Below, piece after piece: positions 46,476 to 59,344 of a DNA stretch of 64,000 nucleotides. Numbering within the stretch: the first letter of the stretch is position 1; each line of letters starts with the position of its first letter. The notes beneath the pieces are model-generated. The model worked only from the letters and a program-made list of their open reading frames with translations, made no database searches and was not told the origin of the DNA. This stretch comes from Anthoceros angustus. Lineage: Eukaryota; Plantae; Anthocerotophyta. The translations under genes and the position numbers were made by a program. Where the stretch lies: positions 124,001-188,000 of the forward strand of contig MU008170.1 in the NCBI GenBank assembly GCA_010909165.1, read 5' to 3'.

Positions 46476-49400
46476 CCATGGTCATCCTCGAGTCGGCTCC
46501 GGCCAAATCTTCCATGTATCGAGGCGGAGGCTTGTGGAGGCGGAGGCGCATCATGGGATTTCACACCCACCACTGCAGCTCCACAGGCCACTGTCGGCGC
46601 TTTGCCGCTTTAGGCGAGCTATGGATCTCACAGACCTGGCTTGTGAGTGCTTGCTTTTCAGCTCCTGTCCCGATCCGAACACTCGATGGAGTTGCGCATC
46701 CTGGGCACACCTGCACTGCTGATGCTGTGCATTTGCCCTTCCCTGGCTACACCACCTGGTCTTATTGGCTGGATGCGGAGGCATGAGGCATGGGCGCCAT
46801 GAATGTTTTCAGCATCCAGCCCTGGTGGTGGCTGGAGTCCCGTAGTCTGATCCGAGGGCGGAGACAAGCCACCAGCACCTAGGCTCAAGCTATGTGCTGA
46901 GACTTTTCCATGGACCATGGGACCCAAGCTTAGCTGGACAGCAGCAGCCCTGCGCGCCTTGATACTTGATTAAGGACTGTTTAGCTTTCTCCATGAAGGA
47001 GGTGCGCAATGTGGCCATTTTCACATCAATCTGACCAGCAAGGAGCCCATTTACGGCGGCGTTACAGGCTCAGCAGGACAGAGTGGGACATGGTGGATGC
47101 CGCTGTCAAGAACTGCTGGAAGCCGGGCTCATCCGTCCTTCACACTCGGACTATGCGCTGCCACGGTCATGCCACCTAAGAAGGACAGCAATGGCCTATG
47201 GACAGAGAAGCGGATGTGTGGGGACTACGTCCCATCAATCAATGCGCCCAGGATCGGTACCCAATGCCGACCCGAGGAGATTTTCGACAGCATTGGCAAC
47301 TCAACCTTCTTCTCCATACTCGACCTCCGGCAAGGCTTTAACCAGGTTCCAGTGGCTGAGGAGGACATCAAGAAGACCGCTTTCCATGGTTCTCAGCAAC
47401 TGTGGAGTGGCTGGTTATGCCTTTTGGTTTCAAGAATGCACCAGTCACTTTTCAGCGCGTCATGGACATAGTGCTTGCGGTCTGCCAACTTGGTGTGTTA
47501 CATTGACGATGTGCTTGTTCACAGCGTGGACTTTGAGTCACATCTGGTCCACCTGGAGGACCTGTTTCATTTGAGAAAAGCACAGGTGACATGCCACCCG
47601 GCTAAGTGTGAATTCGGCAATGATATGCTTGCGTATCTTGGACACCGAATCGTGCCCAAAGGGTGATGCCACACTCAGCCAAGGTGCAGGCCATCTTGCA
47701 GGTCAAGGAGCCTACAAATGTGCGCTGCGGGCCTTCTTGGGACTATGTAATTACTACCGAGTCTACATCCAAGGTTTTAGCCGGATTGCCAAGCCCCTCA
47801 ACGACTTGCTACGCAAGGACGTCATTTGAGCTGGACAGAGGACAAACAGCAGGCCTTGATTTGCTGAAGGCTCGGTGACAAGCTCTGTCATGGCTAGGCC
47901 TGATTTTGAGAAGCCGTTAAATCGTGCACACCTGGAGCATTTTGGGCCTTGGAGCCATGCTAGCTCAACTAGATGAGGAAGGACAGGAGAGGGTGATTGC
48001 CTATGCCTCTCGCAGCAACAATCGGGCTGAAGCAAATTACAGCAGTTACCAAGGGGAATGCTTAGCGGCCGTGTGGGCATTTTGCCATTTCCGGCCCTAC
48101 CTCTATGGTAAACCCTTCACGCTAGTCATTGACCATCAGCCTCTCAAGTGGCTGATGACCAACACCAAGCTCAGCGGGAAGCTGGCTGTGGGCCATGATT
48201 CTACAAGATTATGAGTTTCAAGTTGTCCACCGGCGGGAATCAAACACCAGAATGCCGACACGCTGTCCGGAATCAAACACCAGAATGCCGACACGCTGTC
48301 CGGAATCCAGTGACAGTTGTGAGGATGCAATCAAGCAAGGCAAGATGCTGATCCAGCGCTGATATTTTCAGTAGCTGGCTGGTGGCCATGAGCTGTCTTG
48401 GACAGTTGGAGGTGGTGAGACAAAGCGGCCCAAGGATGTGTGGAGGATTCCTACTGACCTTCTTGCAGACTGGACAGTTGAATCCGACCATGGATACAGA
48501 GGTACAGCAGCGAGCACTTCTCTACTCTGGCGAGATGGTCACACTAAAGCTGCCAAATGGAGTGGATCGTCTTGTCCACCGGGCGGGAGCGGTGATCCAT
48601 CGAGTGCACAATGACATGGGGCACTTTGAGTCAAGCGACTTACACTGCTGGTGCCTCATTTCTATTGGTACGGTATGCTCAAGTCAAGCAACAGGTGGCC
48701 TGCTGCGAGGAATGTGACAGGTGAAGACGTCCTTCACCATCGGCACCCCAACTCCACCCATTGCCGATCATGGGGCTGTTTTCAGATGGTCGTGTGATTT
48801 GATCGGGGAGTTACCCAGAACACCCAGCGGGAATGTATACATCCTTGTCATGATGGAGCATTTTCCAAGTGGGTAGAGGTGGCTGCCCGACAAGACCTCG
48901 CGTAGCACAGCGCAAGCCTTCCTAATGTGTCGACGATTCGGCAGGCGCCGAGTGTTTGACAGACCAGTTCCGGGAGTTTCAGGATCTGGACGCAGCCCTC
49001 ATTGATCACCGCCAACCAGTCGGGACCACCCTCAAGCGATGGTTTGGCAGAGCGGATGGTTCAGACCATCAAGAAGGGGCTCGAAACTCTGTCTCTGATT
49101 GCCCAAGACCGAGTGGGATCTGTCACTCCCATATATTGCCATGGGATACCGTATGAGCAAGCATGCTCTCACTTCAGCCCTACTTTCTGCTGTTTGGAAG
49201 GAGCCACCGCCTAGTTCCATTGCCAAGCAAATGTACGAGGTGGTGGACTTGGATGACCAGTGTGGGCTCGAGTCATTGGACAGCGGCTGCTCTCTTTCGC
49301 CAAGCAATGCCTATGGCCATGGCCAATTTGCGCATTGCTCAAGATCGAGACACCCTCCGCTATGCCCACACTCAAGTGGTAGTTTTCGCCAAGCTAAAGA

Positions 49401-49760
49401 GATTTCGGTGGGGACTTCATCTACTTACAAACCAGGATACCTTGGACACCACCAGCAGCCGCCATGTGCTACGGGTCAAGGAGGTTAGACCCAATGGGGT
49501 CCTGTTGTTGCAAGGAGCTGATGGGCGCACAACCACCGACCACACAAAGAATTGTGCGCCCGCCACCTCCCAAATCTTGATCCCACCATTGTCACCGGAT
49601 TGATTCCTCCAGATTACCCATGTCAGTATGCCAGCGCATCGATGATTCGGACTTGATGCTGCTGTGCGATGGCTGTAACGGAGGATACCATCTGCTCGCT
49701 TGACTCCACCGTCCGAGGTGCCCGCCAGGTACTGCTCACAGCGCCAACACCGCCATTTGC
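46476..49760 (+). mobile_element. Ty3/gypsy pol: C-terminus of a C5-MTase, then RT, RNase H, integrase and a PHD finger; heavily frameshifted
   Basis: MTase end RRIMGF...LG(R)AMDL (46545-46629); RT KRMCGDY, LDLRQGFNQV, KTAF, MPFG.KNAP, CYIDDVLV; RNase H LGAMLAQ...VIAYASRS..EANYSSYQGECLAAVWA; integrase HRVHNDMGH...CEEC, CDLIG, EHFSKW, GLAERMVQTIK; PHD C..CQRIDDSDLMLLCDGCNGGYHL (49621-49750). Confidence 0.9.
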
Positions 49761-50021
49761 ACTTATTATCCAGACCCAAATACCGGGGAACAAGAGAACT
49801 GTTTTTGATGCGGACCGGCACAATTAGCGATCCATGGTGAGAAGGAGAACCTCAACGCTGCTAATGTGGTGACGTGGCGGACCATCCTCAGACGATCCCA
49901 AGTGACCACCGGGGATAGTCCCAAGGGCAGCCATACTATACGGTCCCAAGCGTGGATAGTCCCAAGGCATACTCGCAATTGAGACAATCTCGACTCACGG
50001 GACGTGGAGTCCCAAGCGCCG

Positions 50022-52886
50022 TCACGATTGTAGAGTGGCCATCAGCACCTGTGGCGTAACCAAGGTGACGTCACGTCGATCTTGCCATGCAAGTCCAATG
50101 GAATGTAAGCGCTGTCCTCCATTCCTCCAATCAGGGCAATAGGCAGCTTGCTCAATCCAGTTATCCACGCTGACACCTGGTGGAAACAGGAACTCCTGTC
50201 CAAGGAGTATGTCGTAGTTGGTTGCCGTTGTGACAAGGCAATGAAGAGCCAATGTCATGGCAGCATCCGTCCCAGGCTTCAACGTGATAGATACCGGCGC
50301 CAATGTTTCTCCACACACCGGTTCCAAGGAACCTGATGCTGTCCGGATGTTCCAGGGTGAACGACGCAAGGCTGGACCACTTAGGTGCAATCTGGCTGCC
50401 AGTGTCTTGCCAATGATCACCGGCTGCGCACCTGTATCAAGGAGGACGAGCTTCGGAGCATACCCATTGATCAGCACGTGTCCCTTCCTGTTGTCCACCA
50501 TGGTATTGGAAACTCTGGCCGACAACCGATTGGTTGGCTGAATCCGGGTGACCTTGGTTTGGAGAAGCTCGTTGAGTGGAGTACACCCCTGCCCTGGAGG
50601 AAGCACCCCCAACTGTCCCGGCAAGGGGCCTGTCCCTGCCGGAACAACTCCTGTCCCAAGCACGGAGGTGGGTATGCCTCACATTCAGCACCAGCCAGAG
50701 CTGTAACAGGGGCCTGTCTGTCAATGGATGCATCCGCCGTTCCTGTCTCCAGCACTTGGCGTAGTTGAAGTCAAGCCCATGTCATGAAGAGAGAACACCG
50801 CGTCTGTCAATCTCCTAGCCAGCTGTTCAGCAGTGAGAGCTTGAGGCACGAGGTACAGCTGACCCAGTAAATGCTCGGGGTGCTGTCCCTTGAGCGTGCC
50901 ATTCCGCCAGCATCCTCGCTGAGATGATCTTGTCCTCGAATGGGGAGGACCACTCCTGATGGGAGCGTGCTGAAGGACTGAGGCATAGCACGCCCCTCGA
51001 GGTCAGTGACTGGTCCAGAAGTTCCAGATGCAGCGTCTGCAATTGCTGATCAGTGCAATTCTTGACCCACCCATGTTGCTGGTAACGATGAGGACTGCTC
51101 CATGATGGGCGAACAGTGAACCACGCAAGCTTGGTGCGGTGGTCCATAGTCTTCTTCATCCTCACTTGGCGTAGGAACAAGTGCGGCTGCTCCTACAGGC
51201 TTGGACGCTGCTGAGGCACCAGAGTTAAGGCTAGCAATGAGTGTACCCATCTGCGTGGTGAGGGCTGCAATGGATGCCTCCAACGAGGCGACCTTATCAG
51301 CACTTGCAGCCACCTTGGCCTTTGCCTTGTCACGCTGCTGCTTGCTGCGTGAAACTCCAGTTGCGCCCGCTGATGAGGCACTGGCAGAAACTGTGTTAGT
51401 GCCCGCACTCGTCACATTGGAAGCTCCTCCCCGCTGGCTCCGGCGCTCCGGATGCTTCTGGAAGCACACCGTTTCAAGGTGGCCCGTCTTGTGGCAATGG
51501 GAGCACACTAGTCCCTCTGGGGGACACTTGCACGCTGGTGCCATGTGCTCGGGACTCCCACAGCGATTACATGTGCCTTCCACAGTCGCTGCAGCACCTG
51601 CTTTAGCCGGTTTAGCCTGGTTACTCGGACTGATCCTGAGGTCCCGCCCCAGCAGTCACCCCTTTGCTGCTGAACATGGTCTGGTAGTGGGTGAATGCCT
51701 TGGAATGCCGGGAGGCATAGGCAGAAAAGGCAATTTCCTTGCGCTCTGCCTCCTCGTGCACCTGTTCAAGGGTGTACCGGTCTCCGTCTTGTCCACCAGA
51801 GAGGTGACAAGCTGGAAATGGAACAAGGAGTCCCTTCCAGCTGTAAGGAACTTCTCCACTGCCTCCTGGTCTGGGAGCATGCCGGTCCCTTCACGCAACT
51901 TTTGCAGCCTTCGAAAGGTCATCTGGACTGTCTCCCCTTTCTTACGCGCAAAGCTAGCAAGCTCAGCAATTTTCTCCGGCGTCTTGAGTGGAAACGCCTT
52001 CTCCAAAATCTGCAGAAACTCCTCCACCGGATTGGCGTGTTTGGGCGTGTGAATGAACTCATCCACTCCCAAAGTGGCCGCTGTTCTCTCCGCTGCAGTC
52101 AGGCTGGTGACTGTGGGTGGAGGCTCTGTGGGCTGGACAGATCCATCAGCGATCCCAGCCTGATGCGCAATGATCCCCGAGGCCAACTTTGCATTGTAGG
52201 CCAGCTGCAACGCATTCTGAAAGATCGGGTTAGGAGTGGCTGCTGTGGACAGCAACTCAACCTGGTGGACCTCATACAAATCCAGCGCTTCATCTGTCAA
52301 GTAGCTGGACAACTGCTCGAACATGTACCGATGATTGTACGCCGTTCCATGCTTGAACTTCACTCGGCTGATCATGCTGTTGACAAACAGCTTGAAGTCC
52401 CGCAATGGTTGTGTACCAGGCCTTCCTGAAAAGCGCTCTTGCCTGTAAGAGGTTCCTCCTCCCTCCATAGCGTCTGAATCTTCGGATAGATCTTGGTCCA
52501 AGTGGAGTTGGAGTTGAGACTGTCCCGAGTATGGTTGAGCCTGGGACTGTTCCAACTGTAGCCGCACTTGGGACTGTCCCAAGTGTGGGTGCCCCTGGGA
52601 CTATCCCGAGTATGGGTGCCCCTGGGACTGTCCCGAGTATGGGTGCCCTGGGGTGTCCCAAGTGGGTGCCCTGGGACTGTCCAGTATGGGTGCCTGGGAC
52701 TGTCCCAGTATATGGGTGCCCTGGGACTGTCCCAGTGTGGGTGCCCTGGACTGTCCGGTATGGGTGCCCTGTCCCGAGGATGGCCGCTGTCCCGGCTGTA
52801 GCTGCGCTTGGGACTGTCCGGTATGGACGGGCCTCCTCCTCCTCGGAATCAAGGTTGTCCACCAGCGATGTAGCGAGCTCGATCAA
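50022..52886 (-). mobile_element. Ty3/gypsy gag (capsid-like region, two CCHC knuckles) and aspartic protease
   Basis: Capsid-like QERFSG..PLRDF...LSSYLTDEALDLY; CNRCGSPEHMAPAC and CSHCHKTGHLETVC (about 51575-51460); protease VLLDTGAQPVIIG...YDILLG (50663-50022). Confidence 0.9.
52560..52830. repeat. ~27-bp tandem array (GTATGGGTGCCCCTGGGACTRTCCCGA) at the gag 5' end, about 9-10 copies
   Basis: Direct repeats; the minus strand reads as GHPYSGQSQ-like 9-aa units. Confidence 0.9.
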
Positions 52887-55029
52887 GGAGACCAGTTGTC
52901 CACAGATCTTGAGGTAGCGGGTGGTGTCCGGGCCTAATGTTATCCTCCACCTCCTCTACCCAACGCTGTTGTCGCCTTGCTGTCCTCCTCCTCCTCCTAG
53001 GCTGTAGGCGCTCAGGGTGACTCGGCTGGAAATGTGGCGAGTTCGAAGCCTGTAGCGCGGGCTTGTATCCTCCTCCTCAGAGTGCATCCCCCATGAAAGC
53101 ACATACAAGAAAAGGGTCAGCTAGCTAGGCTGGAAGAGGAAAAGAAGGCAAGCTAGCACTACAGCCAGGCTTGCTGCTAAAGCCAGAAAACCAGACAAGT
53201 CCAGAACTGTGAAATGTCAAAGTCACAGCTGCAAAAAGGACCTGCAGGGAACCAGTCTAAAAGCTAAGCTAAGAGCTAGGCTACGTGTAATGAAAGACCG
53301 AAGTGCCAGTGTCCATAAGAGCCCTAGCCCCTATGCTGCAACAAGAGGGGTGTTGGCTGCAAATAGCCAACATTCCCCCACTGAAACCCTAGATGACCAA
53401 ATCCTCCAAGGCATTCAGTCCCTGGATTTGACTCTAAATTGAACAAAAATTATACCAATAGATTCGTCTCAGCGAGGCGAACAATCTGGTATGTGAATCG
53501 AAGGCAACCGACCTCTGTGGCGGACGCTATGAGCTCTGGAAGGCTGGGACAGCTTGCTGCAGGTGGAATGCTGCTGCTGCTGCTAGCACGGTAGGGTGTG
53601 TTGGTGATGCCGCCTTGCTGTAGTTGCCTGGCCGCCTCCACCAATCTGAATCGCCCCTAGCTCTTGCATGCCATGCTCCAGATTGACATTGAAGGTTGGT
53701 TGTTGAAGTAAAAAAAATCGCGCGCCTGCTGTTGAACAGCATCGCTGCTGTTGGATGTAGCGGGGCCTCACACGATTGTGAGGCTGGCGGTCTGGAAATC
53801 GCGCCCACACGCTGCGGATCGCCCTCCCAAGTTCGATCCCAAGGAAAACATCAACACATTCCACACACCAAAATTCCCAGAAATTGCAATGCTTCTTTCT
53901 CCTTACAGCGCTCTCAGGCACGACTTCAACAACACCTACAATGGGCGCCCTCCCTCCTTTTTGTCCAGCGTCCATCTCAATCTCCACGCTCAGATTCACT
54001 TGGCAGTTGGTCCCTTGCTTTCCCATGATTCCTACGGCCTCAGCACCCTTGGTGTGAGTCATCATGGGTGTCCTTCACCTGCAGCACTTCTAGGGTACAC
54101 CTACGGCCAACCTAGGTCAACTCCTAGGTGTTGTTAATGAAACAAACCCTAACTAAACACACCTGAAAACAAATGTGAATGTGTTAGTTTGGTTGGTCAA
54201 ATATATATACCCTTCAAGCAAATATCCCTAGCCTATCTCAACAAAAGGAAAATATGGCTAAGGTAAGTAAGTAGTAGGTCCTAAGACAGCCTCAAGTTGC
54301 TCGGAGTGTCCCGGACGTTGGGCTGAGTGAGTCCCGGACGTCGGGAGGAGAATCCCGGACGGGTGAGCCCACCTCTAGTCACCCTACACATCCATTGTCT
54401 CTAAGCTGTTGTTTGCCTGACGGATAAACAAGCAATTATCACCGGGACTTGGCCCACCAAACAACTCGAGCACTCCGGACACGGTGAACAACGTGAGCCG
54501 TGATGGCGATCACAGCCCCAACCATAGCTTATATCTTGGTGTTCCTCTGCAATTCTGAGCTCCGATTTCGGTCATGATGAGGATGAGTGAGCCAGGCGCA
54601 TCAAGCTCTCGATCTGCCGTGAACCGAGATCGTGACGGAGGGTGACACAAGCCGTGTGTGTGTAGGCCAATATCTCAACATCCGAGGGGTTGAATCGAAA
54701 TGAACATCTCGTTGGTGAAGCAGCCTGCAGTGCTAATAAGCGAGTTGCTACCATTGACGGAGGAGGAAGTGGAGCGGGAGGGTGCACGCAGCTTAAGGCG
54801 GTGGCTCAGCTCGATTGAGGACGGGAGTATGGACAATAAGCGACAGCCGAGCGATCAGTGGCCGAGCTTCATCCGTCTGCTGGTTGTCGTTCTGACTATC
54901 TTGAAGATGTTTTACCCTGCGCTTGTCTTGGGCGTGATAAATACAACGTGGGGGGGCCGAAGAAATAACATTCAAATCAGGGAGCAAAGGCTTCCACCCC
55001 CACACCATCCAGATAAGCGCTTCAGTTGT

Positions 55030-58000
55030 TCACTTTGCATCCTTGATGATGTGGACTGTCAGGTCTTGGAGGCCAAGCCCTTCCATATGCTGATAATGCT
55101 TTGTTTTGGGCAGAGCCTTGGTCAACACATCAGCCGTGTTCTCGTCTGTGTGGACATAATCCACTTTGACAACAGCACGCTCAACCACATCCCGGATGTA
55201 GTGGTGCTGTATTTCTATATGCTTTGTGCGGGCATGAAATCTCGGATTGGCAACGAGAGCTAAAGCGGACATGTTATCACACAAGAGAGGGGTTGGCTTC
55301 ATCTGCTGCCCTAAGTGCATAAGGAAGGTCCTCTCCCATTCTGCTTCTTTTGATGCATCAGTAAGGCTCTTGTATTCTCTGCTGAGAGGGCTATAGATGC
55401 ACTGACTCCGATTAATTCTTGCATCGCCAAAAGGAACAGAGGTAGATAGGCTCACTTTCTTCATCCGTCGGATGCCCAATCCGCATCCGTAAATCCCCGC
55501 AAAGTAAGTTGTCCCTGACCACTGCTTTTATAGCATAAGCCGTAGGTTTGAGTCCCTTTTAAATAACGAAACACTCGTTTTGCAGCAACCCAATGGGCTC
55601 GGCCAAGGTTCTCCAAAAATTGGGAGAGTGTGCTCACAGAATATTGTATATCCGGGCGTGTCCAGTTACCTACAAAGATAAGGCTTCCTATCGCATGTCT
55701 GTATGGGACATCAACCATCTCTCTTTTCTGCTTTTGTAGGCACGCAGCTTGTGAGTTTAACGCCCATAGCTGAAGGTGTAGTTGCTGGTCGTGCCTGGTC
55801 TAACTTGAACTTAATCAATATATCCTGTATGTATTGATACTGGTGGATCATAAGGAGACCCTCTGATCTTGCACGAAGTAATTGTATGCCTAGGCAGAAG
55901 CGTAGTTCCCCTATGTCCTTCATTTCATATTTGCTGCTTAGCATGATTTTGACCTCTTCTAACAATCTGATGCTATTGGCAGATAGGATTACATCGTCGA
56001 CATAGAGTGCAAGCACTACATACTCATGTCCTCTCGTCATTCTATACACGATACTGTCGGCTGCACTTTGTTTGAAGGATCTACTGAGGAGGTACAAGTG
56101 TATATTTAAGTACCAAACCCGACCACTCTGTTTTAAACCATAGATGGTTTTCAACAATTTGCACACTCGCTTGGGATATGTCTTATCTTCGTATCCTTCA
56201 GGCTGAGTCATGTAAAGATCTTTGTCCAGTGTGCCGTAGAGGTAGGCAGTGCATACGTCCATTTGGTATAGCTCAAGATTGTATTCTGCTGCTAGTGCTA
56301 AGATCATCCTGATAGACTGTGATCTAACAATAGGGGAAAAAGTCTCTTGATAGTCTAGGCCTTCGACTTGTGTGAAGCCCCTGGCGACTAATCTCGCCTT
56401 ATACCTAGCTATCTCACCTTTCTCATTCAGTTTTAGCTTGAAGACCCACTTGCAAGAGATGGGTTTTCTACCTGCTGGAAGATCCACTAATTTCCAAGTC
56501 TGATTCTTAACAAGGCTATTGAATTCGTCATCCACTGCAAATTTCCACTTGTCTTTCTCTGGACTTGTAAAGCTTCTCTCAATGTTTTAGGTTCTAAGTG
56601 AATCGTGGTGGATGCAGCATGGACAGCTTGAGCATACGACGTGCGAAAGTCTATAGACTCATACCTTGGTTCATGCCACTAATCAGGTGGTGGTCTATGC
56701 CTGGTGGACCGTCTCAAGGGTGGTTCATGTTCTACGGGTCAGCAGCCTGTGCAATCTCAGGTTGTTCTTCAAAGGTATCAGCTGCAGCAAACAAATCTGG
56801 ATCATCTCCATCAGCAGGTATGTCAGGATCGTGTACGTCTACAAGATCATGGTTTTCCGCCTTCATTATTGGGATTGTGATCCTCATTCAGATTTTCTGG
56901 ATTTGCAGCATCTGCATTTTCGATATCAACCTGAGCATCTGCCTCTAGGCCATTGTCCAAACCATCTTGATTATCCTGGTCATTAACAGCTGGTGGAATG
57001 GCGGGGAGTGTTGGAGCAATGTGTTCACCAGCCGTGTTATCAGGAAATTCAGATTCTGTGGTCTCACTGTTTAAAAGTGTATCTCCCTCGGAAGGTAACA
57101 GATGGTTCTGGTCAGCATTTACAGAATTGACTGGTTCAATGAATGTGACAGAACGAGCTAATACCACTTTGTTGTTTGCAGGGTCATATAGCTTGTATGC
57201 TTTCGCGTTATCACTGTATCCAATAAATATGAAAGCTTGGGCTCGAGCATCCAACTTCTTTCTCTTCTCCTTTGGGATGAGAGCAAAAGCTCGGGAGCCA
57301 AACACTCGGAGGTGTAGCAGGCTTGGTTTTTGATTCCACAACACTTCATAAGGTGTTTTGGATGGGACAGAACTGGTGATCAGCCTGTTGAGCACATATG
57401 TGGCCTGGCTTAATTGACCAGAGTGGGCGGGCCAGCCAGATAAGCATGCTGCGGGTCATGGAGAGAAGTGTTTGATTCTTTCTTTCTGCCACTCCGTTCT
57501 GTTGAGGAGTGTAAGGGACAGTCAATTGACGTCGAATCCCTCGTTCATCTAGGAAAGCATCAAAAGCTAAGTTGTTAAACTCAGAGCCATTGTCTGTCCG
57601 CAGTTGCTTGAGAAGGAGACCAGTCTGTCTCTCTATAGTGACTAACCATTCTTGAAAGATGGGAAAGGTATCACTTTTCAATTGTATTGAATAGGTCCAT
57701 GTGTAACGGGAATAGTCATCAGTGAGGCAGAAATAATATTGAGATCCTCCAAGGGAGGGAACATGTATTTTGCCTGATATGTCTGCATGCACTAAATCCA
57801 GTGTTTGTGTGGCTCTGTAAGTAGCCCGTGTAGGAAAAGATTGTTGTTTCTGCTTTGCAATAATACAAGCCTCACAGGAGGGCAAGTCCTTGAAACAACG
57901 GGGCAGAGGTTCCAAATGGTACTGCTGTAGGGACATATCAACGAGCTTGTGTTTGTTGATATGGCCTAGCCGAGCATGCCAAAGGACAGCAAGTTTTTGT

Positions 58001-59344
58001 GATTCCTGTGATGCAAGACCTGCTCTGTGGCGTATTGTGTAAATATCCAAACTGTACAGGTCATTATCGGGTATGCCCTTGAATACAAGGGTCTGGAGGT
58101 CTGTCTTTTTGTAGAAGGAGCATACATCATCCATAGCACGAAGCTCATATTGTCGAAGTTGCATCAGTTTGCTCAGAGACATCAAATTCTTGGCCATGGT
58201 CGGGACATAAAGCACGTCTTCAAGGGTAAGGATTGAACCATCATGCAAGGTGAACTTACATGTCCCGTGGCCTCGTATTTGCAGGCTCGTCTTGCTTCGT
58301 TCATCACCGAGAAGCACCTTGTCAGCACTCAGGCTAAGGGTTAACGTGAAGAACTGTTCTTATGTGTACATATGTGGGAGGTGGCGCCAAAATCCAGGTA
58401 CCAGCTGCCTGCCTCATACCATGCGCTTGTGAGACAAACTGTAAGGATCTTCACAGTAGGTTTGGTATCACCTGTTCGTGTCTCCTTGATGGCGATTGTG
58501 GCAGTGCCTTTCTGAGTACGTTGAGGTTCTCCTGCTTTCTTTTTCTTACATTCCCTTGCCCAATGGCCAGCGATACCGCACCAGTTGCAGTTTCCTGGTC
58601 GTTTGGAAGGCGAATTCGAAGATGTAGAATCAGGTCTCCCTCCGCCTTTGCTTTTCCTTTACTCTTGTTGGGCCTAAAACCTGTAGTGAACACCTTTTCC
58701 GCCTTTTGCCTAAGGCCACCGGCAGAGATAAGGCGGGCCTGCTCTTCCTGGTACAGGGCACCAATCACATCTTCCACAGTGATTGTGCTAGTTGAGGAAC
58801 CAGCTGCGCCAGATGGTTTTATGGGTCCGTTCTGAGTTGTGACAAACGCCTGATAGGATGGAGGCAAGCTAGAGAGGAGCTTTGCAACTGCTTGTGACTC
58901 TGGCACTTTATCGCCCATCAGAAATGTAATCTGAGCTCGAAGGTGTCTAAATCTGGGCGTGTGTTGACACTTTATCTCCTCCTTCATCCGTAATGTAAGT
59001 ACTCCATTTGTATTACGCTGGACATCATGTTTTGTTCGTCGTCTTTTCAAGCAAAGCCACATGGCGGTGATTCCCCAAGGAACTCAATGTGGGGACAAGA
59101 TCATGTCAAGTCCATTTATGACGAGACAATGACTATGCTATTGTCTTGATCCCATTTTGCAATTTCATCTGCTGTAGGTTTGGGATTGCCATTGGGATGC
59201 AACCGCATATGTCCCGGCAAGCGGGCGGACTCCACGAGCCAAGAACATGGCTCTCATGCGTACTCGCCACACACTATATTTCTGACCATTAAAACGGTCT
59301 TTCTCCTTAGTGTCTGCGGTGAATACAGATCCAGCAGTTGCCAT
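55030..59344 (-). mobile_element. Near full-length Ty1/copia gag-pol with frameshifts; LTRs not identified
   Basis: Gag FNGQKYSVWRVRMRAM (ATG 59344); CKYC..GH knuckle; protease WYLDFGATSH; LWHARLGH; integrase DDYSRY, LRTDNGSEF, PQQNGVAERKN; RT KARLVARGF, YVDDV; RNase H DADWA, DNMSA, HARTKHI. Confidence 0.95.

Noticed and set aside
51201-52429. Plus-strand ORFs of 283 and 244 aa
   Set aside because: Antisense shadows of the gypsy gag.
54100-55000. 3' LTR of the 55-59 kb copia
   Set aside because: No matching repeat upstream of 59344, and no convincing polypurine tract or primer-binding site.
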